DNA from: an uncultured Prevotella sp.
GTDB taxonomy: Bacteria; Bacteroidota; Bacteroidia; Bacteroidales; Bacteroidaceae
Direction of reading: 5' to 3'
NCBI GenBank assembly: GCA_946184025.1
Contig: CAMHEA010000001.1
Span: 4,871-68,870 of the forward strand
Length of the DNA stretch: 64,000 bases
In this document: piece by piece, positions 30,484 through 40,621 of the stretch
Numbering within the stretch: the stretch's first letter is position 1
Layout: each line of letters starts with the position of its first letter
Program-made: the position numbers and the translations under genes
The notes under the pieces: model-generated
Databases searched by the model: none
Told to the model about the DNA's origin: nothing
What the model saw: only the letters and a program-made list of their open reading frames with translations

Positions 30484-31311
30484 TTACTTGACGATGAACT
30501 TCTTGCCGTTCTGGATGGCGATGCCCTTGTAGTTCTTGGCAACGCGCTGACCAGCGAGGTTGTAAACAGGAGCGTTTACGTTGGTCTCAGCCTTTACAGT
30601 TTCGATGCCGGTAGCCTCAGGCTTGCCACCATAGAAGAAGAATGAATCCCAGCAGAATCCCATACCAACCACGCAGTCACCACCTTGATTGAATGACGCT
30701 ACATAGCCGCCTGTGAATTCTTTGTAGTCCACGTCTGCTTTGTCAAGAAGGTCTTCGAGGCTCAGTTCAATGTTGTACCAGGTACCATCAGCTTTCAGTG
30801 TACCACCGAAATCAAGGATGATGTTTGCCTCATTGCCATTAGAATTAAGATTGATTTGCTCTTTACCTGGAGTCATGGAGCTGACGCAGAGATGGAGCTT
30901 AGCATCTGAAGGAATAGCCTTTACGGCATCTGCTTGGGTAGCCGGTACCATCCAACCTCCACCATACCAGAGTTCTGCCCAGGCTGCACATGTAGGATTC
31001 TGATACTCACCTGCAACACCGAAAGAGTTAAGATCAGGAGTGTCACGCCATTCAACGCTCTCACCATTAGGCCAAATGTCAAGGTTAGAACCTTCAAGCC
31101 CCAGGAAATTCATAGAGTTCCCTTCGTCGATACCCAGCTGTCCCATTGTTTCTTCACCGCAGTAAATGACATAGTAGTACTCAGCCTCAGGAGCAAAAGT
31201 GTTTGTACCTTCAACTTCTGTAATCTTGCAGATTTCAGTGATGTCTGTTTTTCCTGCAAACGAAGCTGTGCCCATCATAGCGGCAGCAGCCAAAAGTAAC
31301 ATTTTCTTCAT
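30484..31311 (-). CDS. Small T9SS protein of unknown function, directly downstream of susD (possible glycan-binding protein)
   Basis: SPI-type signal peptide; Trp/Tyr-rich ~200-aa domain; CTD YNLAGQRV…NGKKFIVK. Confidence 0.75.
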   Translation of the reverse strand: MKKMLLLAAAAMMGTASFAGKTDITEICKITEVEGTNTFAPEAEYYYVIYCGEETMGQLGIDEGNSMNFLGLEGSNLDIWPNGESVEWRDTPDLNSFGVAGEYQNPTCAAWAELWYGGGWMVPATQADAVKAIPSDAKLHLCVSSMTPGKEQINLNSNGNEANIILDFGGTLKADGTWYNIELSLEDLLDKADVDYKEFTGGYVASFNQGGDCVVGMGFCWDSFFFYGGKPEATGIETVKAETNVNAPVYNLAGQRVAKNYKGIAIQNGKKFIVK

Positions 31312-31410
31312 AATTGTAAATTGTTTAAAAAGTTAATAATGAATGTTGTTAATGATTTTTGTTATGTTACCACGGGTGGAGACGAACCCCACCCGTGATG
31401 GTTTCGTGGA

Positions 31411-32988
31411 TTAATAGCCAGGGTTCTGGGCAATGCCGGAGAGCTGTTGCTCAAGGGTCGGGATGGGGAAGAGCTCGTGCTTGCCTTCAACAAACTGACC
31501 CCATAGACCTTTTGCTTCGGCGGTCTCGCCTGCGATATAGGCATCCATCGTCTTCTTGGCAATGCCCCAGCGTACGAGGTCGAACCAGCGGTGGCCTTCC
31601 ATGGCCAGCTCTACGCGGCGCTCATGGCGGATGGCCTGACGCAGGTCGTTCTGGTTGTCGGCATAGGTGACGCTCTTGCCTTGGATGGTGGCTGTATAGG
31701 GGAAGGCAGCCAGTCCCACACGGGCACGCACTTCGTTGAGTGCTTTCTTGGCTTCGGCATTGTCACCCAGCTCGCAGCAGGCCTCGGCATACATCAGCAG
31801 CACGTCGGCATAGCGGATCTGGCGGTTGTTCAACGGACCGCGGGTGTCGTGGGAGAGCTTCGGGAAGGTGCGTGTCTGCCAGTCTGTCCAAGCCAGCTTG
31901 TTGGAAACATGCCAGTTTCCGCAGTAGTTCTCTTCGGCCTCATTGGTAATCTCGTTTTCCTTCGGCGTGAGGATGGTCATCTCGCGACGCGGGTCGAGGG
32001 TGGGAGCCGTCTCGTATTCGTCGTAGAGGTTTTGGGTGGGGCGGTTGTAGCCCCATCCGCCGCCGAGTACGCTCGAACGGGAGCGGGTCATTACCTGTGA
32101 GAGGGAGCCGCGGGTGAAGCCGAAGCCGTTCCAGCCGTCGCTCATATCGTCGTCCATATACTGGATTTCAAAGACGCTTTCACTACCGTTCTCACCTTCG
32201 AGGGTGAAGTTCTGGAAATAGTCGGCAAACAGGCTGTACTCACCGGAGTCGATAACCTTCTTCGCCCACTTCTTGGCCTCGGCGTAGTCTTTCTTGTAGA
32301 GGTTTACCTTAGCCAGCATAGCCTGTGCGGCACCCTTTGTGACGCGGCCGAGATCCTCGTCGGCATATTGGCTCTTGAGCCACAACTTGGATTCTGCATC
32401 CTTCAAATCGTCAAGAATGAAGGCATAGCACTCTTCCACGCTGTTACGCTCCTGCTTCCATTTCGTGTCGCTGTCAATCACATCGGTGATAATCGGCATG
32501 CCACCGAAGACGCGTACCAGACGGAAGTAATAGTAGGCGCGGAGGAACTTGGCCTCGCCGATGGTGCGGTCGAGGAATTCTTCGCGGATGGAGTCGTTGG
32601 CCATGGTGGGCAGTTGCATGATGGCGAGATTGGTGCGAGCTACACCCGTCCACTGTGCACGCCAGTAGGCCAGAAGCATGGAGTTGTCGGCCTGTACCTT
32701 GAAATTGTCGATGTCGCCGTATTGCAGACCGTCGGCAATGTTCTGTCCGCCTTTCAAGGCATCGTCAGAGGCAATGTCACCAATCATCCATTCGTAGCAG
32801 TAGTCGCCTTCGCCGAACTCCCACATCAGCGGAACGTATGCAGCGGTCACTACGTCTTCTGCCTTTTCTTCCGTACCGTCCATGAAGTAGTCCTGCAGGC
32901 GAGTGATGCCCGGAGTATCTTCTGTCAGCCAGTCGTTGCAAGATGTCAGCGAAAGGACGGCCAATGCTAATACAATATATTTTTTCAT
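31411..32988 (-). CDS. susD: SusD/RagB glycan-binding lipoprotein
   Basis: Lipobox LTSC; GEAKFLRAYYYF, IRYADVLLMYAEA, ERRVELAMEGHRWFDLVRWG, QNPGY. Confidence 0.95.
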   Translation of the reverse strand: MKKYIVLALAVLSLTSCNDWLTEDTPGITRLQDYFMDGTEEKAEDVVTAAYVPLMWEFGEGDYCYEWMIGDIASDDALKGGQNIADGLQYGDIDNFKVQADNSMLLAYWRAQWTGVARTNLAIMQLPTMANDSIREEFLDRTIGEAKFLRAYYYFRLVRVFGGMPIITDVIDSDTKWKQERNSVEECYAFILDDLKDAESKLWLKSQYADEDLGRVTKGAAQAMLAKVNLYKKDYAEAKKWAKKVIDSGEYSLFADYFQNFTLEGENGSESVFEIQYMDDDMSDGWNGFGFTRGSLSQVMTRSRSSVLGGGWGYNRPTQNLYDEYETAPTLDPRREMTILTPKENEITNEAEENYCGNWHVSNKLAWTDWQTRTFPKLSHDTRGPLNNRQIRYADVLLMYAEACCELGDNAEAKKALNEVRARVGLAAFPYTATIQGKSVTYADNQNDLRQAIRHERRVELAMEGHRWFDLVRWGIAKKTMDAYIAGETAEAKGLWGQFVEGKHELFPIPTLEQQLSGIAQNPGY

Positions 32989-33024
32989 GACTTTATTCTT
33001 TATTTGTTTCGACTTCAAAAAGGT

Positions 33025-36000
33025 TTAGAATGTTACCTGCAATCCCATGAGGATGGTGCGTGCCTGAGGATAGTTACCGTAATCTACGCCGCCTCCGACT
33101 TCAGGATCGTAGCCCGAATAGTGGGTGATGGTGAAGAGGTTGCTGCAAGAAGCATAGACGCGGAGCTTGGACAGACCCACCTTGCTGATGAGCTGGCGGG
33201 GGAAGGTGTAGCCCAGCTGGATGTTCTTCAGGCGGAAGTAGGAACCGCTCTCAACGAATCGGCTGGAAACAGCACTGTTGAACGTGTTGTAGGGATTGGC
33301 TATCGTACCTTCCTGTCCGATGATATTGCCTTCTTCATCGTAGACATTGTGCCATACGTCTTTCATGTAGCTGGCGAGGATACAGTTCGTACCAGTACCT
33401 TCGAGACGGGTGCGGAGAGCATTGTAGATCTTATTGCCAGCTTGTCCGGAGAAGAACATCGAGAAGTCGATGCCGCGCCACTGGGCACTGAGGTTCAGAC
33501 CGTAGACAATGTTGGCAAACGGGTTGCCGATGTCCACCTTGTCTTCCTCCGTAATCTTGCCGTCGGGCACTCCTTCGGGACCGGAAACATCTTCATAGAT
33601 GGCATCGCCTGCATGGTACTGCTGGGCATCGCCATAGCCCCACATGGCAGTGGCGGCTTCTTCGTCGGTCTTGTAGATACCTTTATATTTATAGCCCATG
33701 AAGGTGTAGAGTGTGTAGCCTTGGTCGGAAACCTGGATGCCGTTGCCGTCGCGGACGACATCACCGCCGTTGAGGGCTGTCAGTTCATTGCTCAGGAAGG
33801 AGATGTTGCCGTCGACAGAGTAGGTGAAGTCGCCGATGCTGTGGGTGTGGCCGAGCTGGAATTCCAGACCCTTGTTGCGCACCTTGCCCACGTTGGCTTG
33901 CGCGTCGTAGCGGTTACCCGTCCATGCCGGACCTTTCACGGTCAGCAACATGTCTTTGGTGTCGCGGATGAAGCCTTCCACGCTACCGCTGAGCAAACCG
34001 TGCCACAGGTTGAAGTCTACACCGAGGTTCCAAGTCTCAGTCAATTCCCACAGACCACCCAGATTCTTCCAGGTGATGACGGTGGCACCGCTGGTGAGTT
34101 CCTGCTTGGTGCCCAGTACATAGCCCACGAAGGTAGGAGGCGTATTGGAAATCGTCTGGTTGAAGGCGTCGTTGCCAATCTTGTCGTTACCGATGCGTCC
34201 CCAGCCGAAGCGGAGTTTCAGGTTATCAATCCATTTTACGTCCTTCAGGAAGTTTTCTTCCTTGACGCGCCAACCGAGTGCCATGGAGGGGAAGTAGCCC
34301 CATGTGTTCTCCGGGAACTTGTTGGTACCGTCAGCACGGAAGTTGAATGTGAAGAGATAGCGATCTTTCCAAGAATAGAAAGCACGGCCGAGCCAGGAGA
34401 AACGGCGTGAACGGCTCACGCCGTCGCCGGCGAGGCGTGTGTTCTGATCGGTCTGGTTTAGATACCAGTGGATGGGGTCTTCGGCACCTTGCACATAGTT
34501 ACCGCTGCCGCTCAGACCGTAGTAGTTGTATTCCTCGCCTGTCTGTCCCAACATTACGGAGAAGTTGTGGTCCTTGATGGTGTTGGCATAGGTCAGGATG
34601 TTGTTCCAGATGACGGAGCTGTAGCGGTCGATGTTGGCACCGACACCGTTCTTCTCCATGCGGTCGAACTCAGAGTGGAAATATTTCTCAGAGTAGGTGC
34701 GGCCGCGGTTCCAGGTGAAGTCGGCACTCACGTCGGCACGATAGGTCAGGCCCTTGAACGGGGTAATTTCTGCATAGAGGTTGGTTACCAAACGCTCATT
34801 GACGTTGTTCGGGTGGGAGTGCTCAACCTGCGAGAACGGGTTGGTCACGTTCTTGAAGTTGGATGCAGCGGAAATCTGCCCGCTCAGGTCTTTGCCTTTG
34901 CGAGAATAGGAACCTTCGGGGTAGTGGGTGGGATCCCACGGAGCCATAGCCAGTGCTGCTGAGATGATAGAGGCACCCGGGCTGGCGTTGTTGTTCATCA
35001 CCCAACGGCCTGTGCTATACATATAGGTGGCGTTCTCTCCAATCTTCAACCATTTGTTCACTTCGAACGAAGTGTTGGCGCGGACTGTATAACGCTTGTA
35101 GTTGGAACCGATGATGGTACCGTCCTGATCGTAGTAGCTGCCGCTGAACGAATAGTTTGACTTGTCGGTGCTACCGTCGATGCTGACGTGGTGGTTCTGC
35201 ATGAAGGCTCCCGAACGGAACACTTCGTTCTGCCAGTCAGTCTCAATGGCACTGTAGTCCAAGCCATAGCCTGTATATTCGGGGTCGAACTTCTTCGTTT
35301 CGGGGTTATAGCCCAATACGGCGGGGAAGTTCTCACTGCTGGACGTGAGATACTGGTTGACGTATTCATTGAAGGTGTGCCCGTAATAGTAGTTGCGACG
35401 CGCTTTGGTGACACCAGTCATGGACAACTGCGTCTCCAGGAAGTCACGGCTCTTCATCACGTCGAGCATCTTCGTGGAAGTCTGCCAGCCGATATAGCCG
35501 TCGTAGCTGATTTCGCTATGGCCCTTGGTGTTGCCCGTTTTCGTCGTCACAAGGATGACACCGTTGGCACCGCGCGAACCATAGATTGCTGTTGAAGAGG
35601 CATCCTTCAATACTTCCATGGAAGCAATGTCGTTCGGAGAAAGGAAGTTGATGTTGTCGGTGATGACTCCATCGACAACATAGATAGGGTTCGCGTCGTT
35701 TACCGTACCAATACCGCGGATACGCACGGTGGCACCGGCACCCGGCTGACCAGAGTTCAGATTGACAGAAACACCGGCGGCACGACCCTGCAAGGCCTGG
35801 TCAATGCTCACGGCCGGAACTTTCTTCATCTGATCGGTGTTCACGGTGGCTACAGAACCGGTCAGGTCGCTCTTCTTCATCGTACCGTAACCGATCATCA
35901 CCACCTCGTCCAGCATGTTGGAGTCGTCAGCCAGTGTGATGTTGATGGTACTGCTGCCGTTGAACTTGCGCGTCTGCGTCTTGCATCCTACGAAAGAATA

Positions 36001-36207
36001 CTCGAGCGTACCCGCGTTGTTGGTCGACAACGAGTAGTTTCCGTCGATGTCAGTCACGGTAGCAATATTGGTTCCGAGCACCTTGACGGTAACGCCAGGA
36101 AGCGGATAGCCGTCAGCTTCTGCAATGACGGTTCCTTGAATCTTGATGGATTGAGCTGCCAGTAGCATAGGGAACAGCAGCATCAAAAAGGTCAATTTTG
36201 CTTTCAT
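33025..36207 (-). CDS. susC: SusC/RagA TonB-dependent transporter
   Basis: EVLKDASSTAIYGSRGANGVILVTTK; YPQAR…; terminal Phe. Confidence 0.96.
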   Translation of the reverse strand: MKAKLTFLMLLFPMLLAAQSIKIQGTVIAEADGYPLPGVTVKVLGTNIATVTDIDGNYSLSTNNAGTLEYSFVGCKTQTRKFNGSSTINITLADDSNMLDEVVMIGYGTMKKSDLTGSVATVNTDQMKKVPAVSIDQALQGRAAGVSVNLNSGQPGAGATVRIRGIGTVNDANPIYVVDGVITDNINFLSPNDIASMEVLKDASSTAIYGSRGANGVILVTTKTGNTKGHSEISYDGYIGWQTSTKMLDVMKSRDFLETQLSMTGVTKARRNYYYGHTFNEYVNQYLTSSSENFPAVLGYNPETKKFDPEYTGYGLDYSAIETDWQNEVFRSGAFMQNHHVSIDGSTDKSNYSFSGSYYDQDGTIIGSNYKRYTVRANTSFEVNKWLKIGENATYMYSTGRWVMNNNASPGASIISAALAMAPWDPTHYPEGSYSRKGKDLSGQISAASNFKNVTNPFSQVEHSHPNNVNERLVTNLYAEITPFKGLTYRADVSADFTWNRGRTYSEKYFHSEFDRMEKNGVGANIDRYSSVIWNNILTYANTIKDHNFSVMLGQTGEEYNYYGLSGSGNYVQGAEDPIHWYLNQTDQNTRLAGDGVSRSRRFSWLGRAFYSWKDRYLFTFNFRADGTNKFPENTWGYFPSMALGWRVKEENFLKDVKWIDNLKLRFGWGRIGNDKIGNDAFNQTISNTPPTFVGYVLGTKQELTSGATVITWKNLGGLWELTETWNLGVDFNLWHGLLSGSVEGFIRDTKDMLLTVKGPAWTGNRYDAQANVGKVRNKGLEFQLGHTHSIGDFTYSVDGNISFLSNELTALNGGDVVRDGNGIQVSDQGYTLYTFMGYKYKGIYKTDEEAATAMWGYGDAQQYHAGDAIYEDVSGPEGVPDGKITEEDKVDIGNPFANIVYGLNLSAQWRGIDFSMFFSGQAGNKIYNALRTRLEGTGTNCILASYMKDVWHNVYDEEGNIIGQEGTIANPYNTFNSAVSSRFVESGSYFRLKNIQLGYTFPRQLISKVGLSKLRVYASCSNLFTITHYSGYDPEVGGGVDYGNYPQARTILMGLQVTF

Positions 36208-36247
36208 GAGTTAACTGTTGATAATTGATTTTCGATTTCTCTGCTTG

Positions 36248-36327
36248 CAAAAGTAAGCGATTCTCGTATACGAAACAAATAAAATACTACGCAAAAACCT
36301 CACTTTTCCCATTTAAAGACCTCACTC
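36248..36327 (-). promoter_or_regulatory. susC promoter: operator-like motif (36289-36307), weaker copy at about 36319, -7 box TACTTTTG
   Basis: acgcaaaaacctcactttt; caaaagta at 36248-36255. Confidence 0.8.
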
Positions 36328-36604
36328 CGAAGGGGGCGAAGGGCAGAAAAGTGCGTTTTTAAAGGCTTAATAATTGCTAAATGACGTACTCTTTTTATAA
36401 AAGATAAAAATATTTTTCTTACATTTGTGGCGTTGAAACGAATGGTCCTGACAATCATCAGATGCTCACGGCTGATTCCTGACTTGCAGGTGGAAAGGCT
36501 GCAACGGGGGCGGAAAAGGTTTCTGGCTTGTCTGGACGGATGACTTTTCACAAAAAAGCAATACAAAGCAGATAAAAACCTAAAAGGAAAGCAAACAATA
36601 GACC

Positions 36605-39505
36605 ATGAAACGTTATCTCGTTCTACTAATCTGGATGGTAGGTATGCTGGAGGCGGCTGTGGCTCAGCTTCCTACGTTGAGAAATTTCGCCAGTCTGGAC
36701 TATAACGGCGGTACACAGAACTGGGGCATCAGCTGTTCTGACGACTATCGGATGCTGTTTGCCAACAACAACGGCCTGTTGTCGTTCGATGGTGATCGCT
36801 GGATGGTCTCCACGGTACCTAACTACACCAATGTGAGAGCGGTGGAGTTTGTCTCGGAAGGTAATCGCACCTATGTGGGAGCAACCGATGAATTCGGCTA
36901 TTTTCAGGCCGACAGCACCCGTTCTTCACTACAGTATGTGTCCGTTTCGCGCAAGTTGCGCGAGGAAGACCGCGTGTTTGGCGAAATCTGGCGCATCCAT
37001 CCGTTAGGCAAGGATCTTGTCTTTCGGGCGCGTACCCGTTTCTTTGTGTGCCATCCCGACGAGCAACTGGATGTCTACGACGTACATGATGACATCGAGA
37101 ACTCCACCGTCGTCAATCACACCTTATATATATCCTGCAAGGAAGGCATCTACCGATTCACGGGTAGAGCCCTACAGCCACTTCCCGGCAGTGAGGTGCT
37201 GCGTGGAAAAGGTGTGCGTGCCGTACTTCCCTATGGCAGTGACCTGCTGTTTGTGACGGCTGTCGACGGCATCTGGGCATGGAACGGCCGGACCATGCGC
37301 CCCTTCGTGCTCGACATCTCGCCCATGTTGCAGTACAACCAAGTGTATTGTGCGGCCATCCACGGCAACTACATGGCCTTCGGAACGGTCAGGAACGGAC
37401 TGGTGGTGAAGGATCTGAAGACCAATGATAACTATTATGTGAATGTGATGACGGGTTTGCAGAACAACACGGTACTGTCGTTGCGCTTCGATGACTTCAA
37501 CAATATCTGGCTGGGACTGGACAACGGCATTTCCTATGTGATGCTCGACACGCCCTACCGAGACCTGCTGGGAACGGGAAACAATATCGGCACGGGCTAT
37601 GCTTCGGCCATCTTCAATCACCATATCTATTTAGGAACCAACCAGGGGCTCTTCCTCACCACATGGCCGCTGGCCAGTTCGTCGGCACCTGCCGTACCGC
37701 AGACGGTCAATGGCGTGTCGGGACAAATCTGGGGACTCAAGGAAATCAACGGCACCATGCTCTGTGGAGCCAACGAGGGAGCCTTTGTGGTGCAGGGAAC
37801 AACGGCCCGGCGCATCGAGGGCTTGACCGGAACGTGGAACTTCATGGCTTTAGCCGGTCATCCCGGTTATATCCTTACTTGTGACTATGACGGCTTTGCC
37901 ATCCTTCGGCAGCAGGGCAGCAGCGTCGAATTTGTGAACAGGCTGGAAGGCTTCGGCGAGTCGAGTGGCGGATTCCTGCAAGATAGCGACGGATCTATAT
38001 GGGTGAGCCACTGGCAGAAGGGCATCTATCACTTCCGGCTGACCGACGACCTCAAGCGGGCTGTAGACATGGAGTATTTCAACCACGCCAATGGCTTGGC
38101 CGTTGACGACAACAACCATGTGTGCAAGATTGGCGGACGCGTCTTCATTTCCTCCGTCGACGGATTCCGAAACTATGATGCCACGACGCACAAACTCGTG
38201 AAGAACGAAACCTTCAACCGTGTCTTCGACACCTACGGGACGACCCTGCGCATTCTGGAGACTCCCCGTGGCGACATCTGGGGCTACAAACCCGACTATC
38301 TGGCCATTGCCCGCAAGCAGAAAAACGGCACTTACCGTGTAGATACCGTGTCCTATCAGAACATGATACGCCGTCTGCAAATCAGTCTCGGACACTTCTG
38401 CCAACCCGACAGCGACCATGTCATTCTCAACTACGACAACGGATTCTACATGATGGAGAACCAGTTCGTGCAGGAGAAAAAGTCCAGCGATGTCTTTGTA
38501 CGCGCCCTCTACAGCACTGTGGGCAAGGATTCGCTCCTCTACTATCGGTACGACAAGGACGAAACACCCCGCATCGTCATCCCTCACAGTCTCAGTTCCA
38601 TCCGACTGGAGTTCGTCATGCCCGAATACCACGACCAGAAGGCTGTGGACTATAGCTGTTTCCTGGAGAACTATGACACCCAGTGGAGCAATGCGCAGAC
38701 CAATACGTCGAAAGAATATACACGGCTTGCTGGCGGAGAATACGTCTTCCGCGTGAAAGCCCATAACCATGTAAACGGCGTGGTGAGCGAGGCCGTCCTC
38801 CGTCTGCATGTCCTTCCGCCATGGTATCAGACGTGGTACGCGTACCTCTTATATATATTATTAGGCGGAGCCCTTGTCTATGGACTGATGCTTTACCTGA
38901 AACGGCGGGCTGAAAGGGAACTGGTACGCGTAAAGAAGGAGCAGGAACGCGAGTTGCACGAACAGCAGATGCAGTTCCAGATGGAAGAAGAGAAACGCGA
39001 GAAGGAACTGATCAAGCTGCGCAGCAAGCAGCTGGAGGTTGACCTGAAGCACAAGTCGAGCGAGCTGGGCGACTCCACGATGAACCTGGTACGCAAGAAC
39101 GACATGCTGCAAGACATCGACCAGCAGCTTGAGGAACTCTCCGAGAGTGTGCGACGGGAAGAGACCAAGGCGCGCATCACCAAGAAAATCAGCGACCTGC
39201 GGCGTAGCATACGCACCAATATGAGCGAAGATGACAACTGGGAAAAGTTCTCCGAGAACTTCGATCTCGTCTACGACAACTTCATGCAGAAGCTCACCAA
39301 TGCCTATCCCGACCTCAAGAAAAACGACCTGAAACTCTGTGCCTACCTGCGCATGGGACTCAGCAGCAAGGAAATGGCTTCACTGCTGAATACCTCGGTG
39401 CGTAGCATCGAGACCGCCCGTTATCGGTTGCGCAAGAAACTGGGTATGGAGAGTGGCGAGAACCTCCTCGCCTTCATTCAGGCCATGGATGAACAGGGCA
39501 GCTGA
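36605..39505 (+). CDS. Membrane one-component regulator: periplasmic beta-propeller/Y_Y_Y sensor, TM helix, coiled coil, LuxR-type HTH
   Basis: QNW…NN.GLL.FDG; YTRL..GEY.FRVKA…PPWYQTW; LCAYLRMGLSSKEMASLLNTSVRSIETARYRLRKKL; -7 box TACATTTG at 36420. Confidence 0.9.
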   Translation: MKRYLVLLIWMVGMLEAAVAQLPTLRNFASLDYNGGTQNWGISCSDDYRMLFANNNGLLSFDGDRWMVSTVPNYTNVRAVEFVSEGNRTYVGATDEFGYFQADSTRSSLQYVSVSRKLREEDRVFGEIWRIHPLGKDLVFRARTRFFVCHPDEQLDVYDVHDDIENSTVVNHTLYISCKEGIYRFTGRALQPLPGSEVLRGKGVRAVLPYGSDLLFVTAVDGIWAWNGRTMRPFVLDISPMLQYNQVYCAAIHGNYMAFGTVRNGLVVKDLKTNDNYYVNVMTGLQNNTVLSLRFDDFNNIWLGLDNGISYVMLDTPYRDLLGTGNNIGTGYASAIFNHHIYLGTNQGLFLTTWPLASSSAPAVPQTVNGVSGQIWGLKEINGTMLCGANEGAFVVQGTTARRIEGLTGTWNFMALAGHPGYILTCDYDGFAILRQQGSSVEFVNRLEGFGESSGGFLQDSDGSIWVSHWQKGIYHFRLTDDLKRAVDMEYFNHANGLAVDDNNHVCKIGGRVFISSVDGFRNYDATTHKLVKNETFNRVFDTYGTTLRILETPRGDIWGYKPDYLAIARKQKNGTYRVDTVSYQNMIRRLQISLGHFCQPDSDHVILNYDNGFYMMENQFVQEKKSSDVFVRALYSTVGKDSLLYYRYDKDETPRIVIPHSLSSIRLEFVMPEYHDQKAVDYSCFLENYDTQWSNAQTNTSKEYTRLAGGEYVFRVKAHNHVNGVVSEAVLRLHVLPPWYQTWYAYLLYILLGGALVYGLMLYLKRRAERELVRVKKEQERELHEQQMQFQMEEEKREKELIKLRSKQLEVDLKHKSSELGDSTMNLVRKNDMLQDIDQQLEELSESVRREETKARITKKISDLRRSIRTNMSEDDNWEKFSENFDLVYDNFMQKLTNAYPDLKKNDLKLCAYLRMGLSSKEMASLLNTSVRSIETARYRLRKKLGMESGENLLAFIQAMDEQGS

Positions 39506-39510
39506 AATCC

Positions 39511-40389
39511 TCATCTCCCTCTTTTCCGATAGGCCAATGGCGTGGTGTGGACGATGCGCTTGAAGGCGGTGGAGAAGTAATCGGGGTTGTCATAGCCCAC
39601 TTCGTAGGCAATCTCGCGCAACGGCATGTTCGTATTGGCCAGCAGTTCCTTGCTCTTTTGCATCCGTAGTTCCTGGATGTACTGGAACGGCGCATAGCCG
39701 GTGAACTCCTTGAACATGCGGCGGAATTTGCTGTAGCCCATGTTTACCTGATAGGCGATGGCTTCCGGCTGCATGTTGTCGGCCAGACTTTCCTGCATGA
39801 TGACTTTTGCCCTGTTGATCTGTTCCAGTGCGCCATGGTCGTCGATGGCCGCGTGCTTGTCCAGCGAATAGGCAAGCCCCAGCAACAGATTCACTAGACC
39901 TGCCAGCATCTGCTGGTAGCCGATGTCTTGTTCCTTGGCGATGGTGATGGCGCGCCGGTAGGTATGCACGATTTCCTCATTCAGCCCCACATGAAAGACG
40001 GGCGACGACGGAAGGAAGAAGCCGTTGGCCGTGCGGTTGTCTATGTGCTGTCCTTTGAAGCCTATCCAGTATTCATCCCATCCCACGGCGGGGTCGGGAC
40101 GATAGTTGTGCCATTCCCCGGGGAATAGCAGGAACATGTCACCCGCATTCACTTCGCAGGGCGCACAGCTGGAAGACTGGAATGTTCCTCGTCCCTGTGT
40201 GATGTAGATAAACTGGTATTCGTCGAGGGTGCGCCCTGTCTTGCTGGCAAACGTATATTCAGAAGGGTGCGTCTGTGGCGGATAAGGTTCGTTCTTGCCG
40301 ATGTGCTGCTGTCCGACACAGCTCACCGTGAGCCCCCAGAGACTGTCCTGGGCGTTCTCTATCAGGTATTTCAGATTCAAGTTAGTCAT
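39511..40389 (-). CDS. AraC family transcriptional regulator
   Basis: Cupin GR.L.EYQ…LFPGEWH.Y; C-terminal EIAYEVGYDNPDYFSTAFKR; start ATG 40389. Confidence 0.9.
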   Translation of the reverse strand: MTNLNLKYLIENAQDSLWGLTVSCVGQQHIGKNEPYPPQTHPSEYTFASKTGRTLDEYQFIYITQGRGTFQSSSCAPCEVNAGDMFLLFPGEWHNYRPDPAVGWDEYWIGFKGQHIDNRTANGFFLPSSPVFHVGLNEEIVHTYRRAITIAKEQDIGYQQMLAGLVNLLLGLAYSLDKHAAIDDHGALEQINRAKVIMQESLADNMQPEAIAYQVNMGYSKFRRMFKEFTGYAPFQYIQELRMQKSKELLANTNMPLREIAYEVGYDNPDYFSTAFKRIVHTTPLAYRKRGR

Positions 40390-40475
40390 GGCTTTTGCTA
40401 TTGAGTTGTTGCCTTTGCAGCCCTTTCGCTGGTGCTGTGGGGCTGTCTTGTTGTCGGAGGAGAGCCTCCTCGGCA

Positions 40476-40562
40476 GGTAAAACAGGGTTTCTTGCAAAGT
40501 AATAGAGGGTATATTCCTTTTCAATATAGGCTCTTTTACGGCGTAATATACCCTGTTTTACC
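40476..40562. repeat. 4x22-bp phased pseudo-palindrome array (family C), copy 1
   Basis: 17-bp units at 40478, 40500, 40522 and 40544, consensus YAATATAGSSTWTATTR. Confidence 0.75.
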
Positions 40563-40621
40563 CGATGGCTGGGCTTCACTGGCAGGATGGCGATGGCTCC
40601 ATGCCGCTGCCGCGAGGTTTG

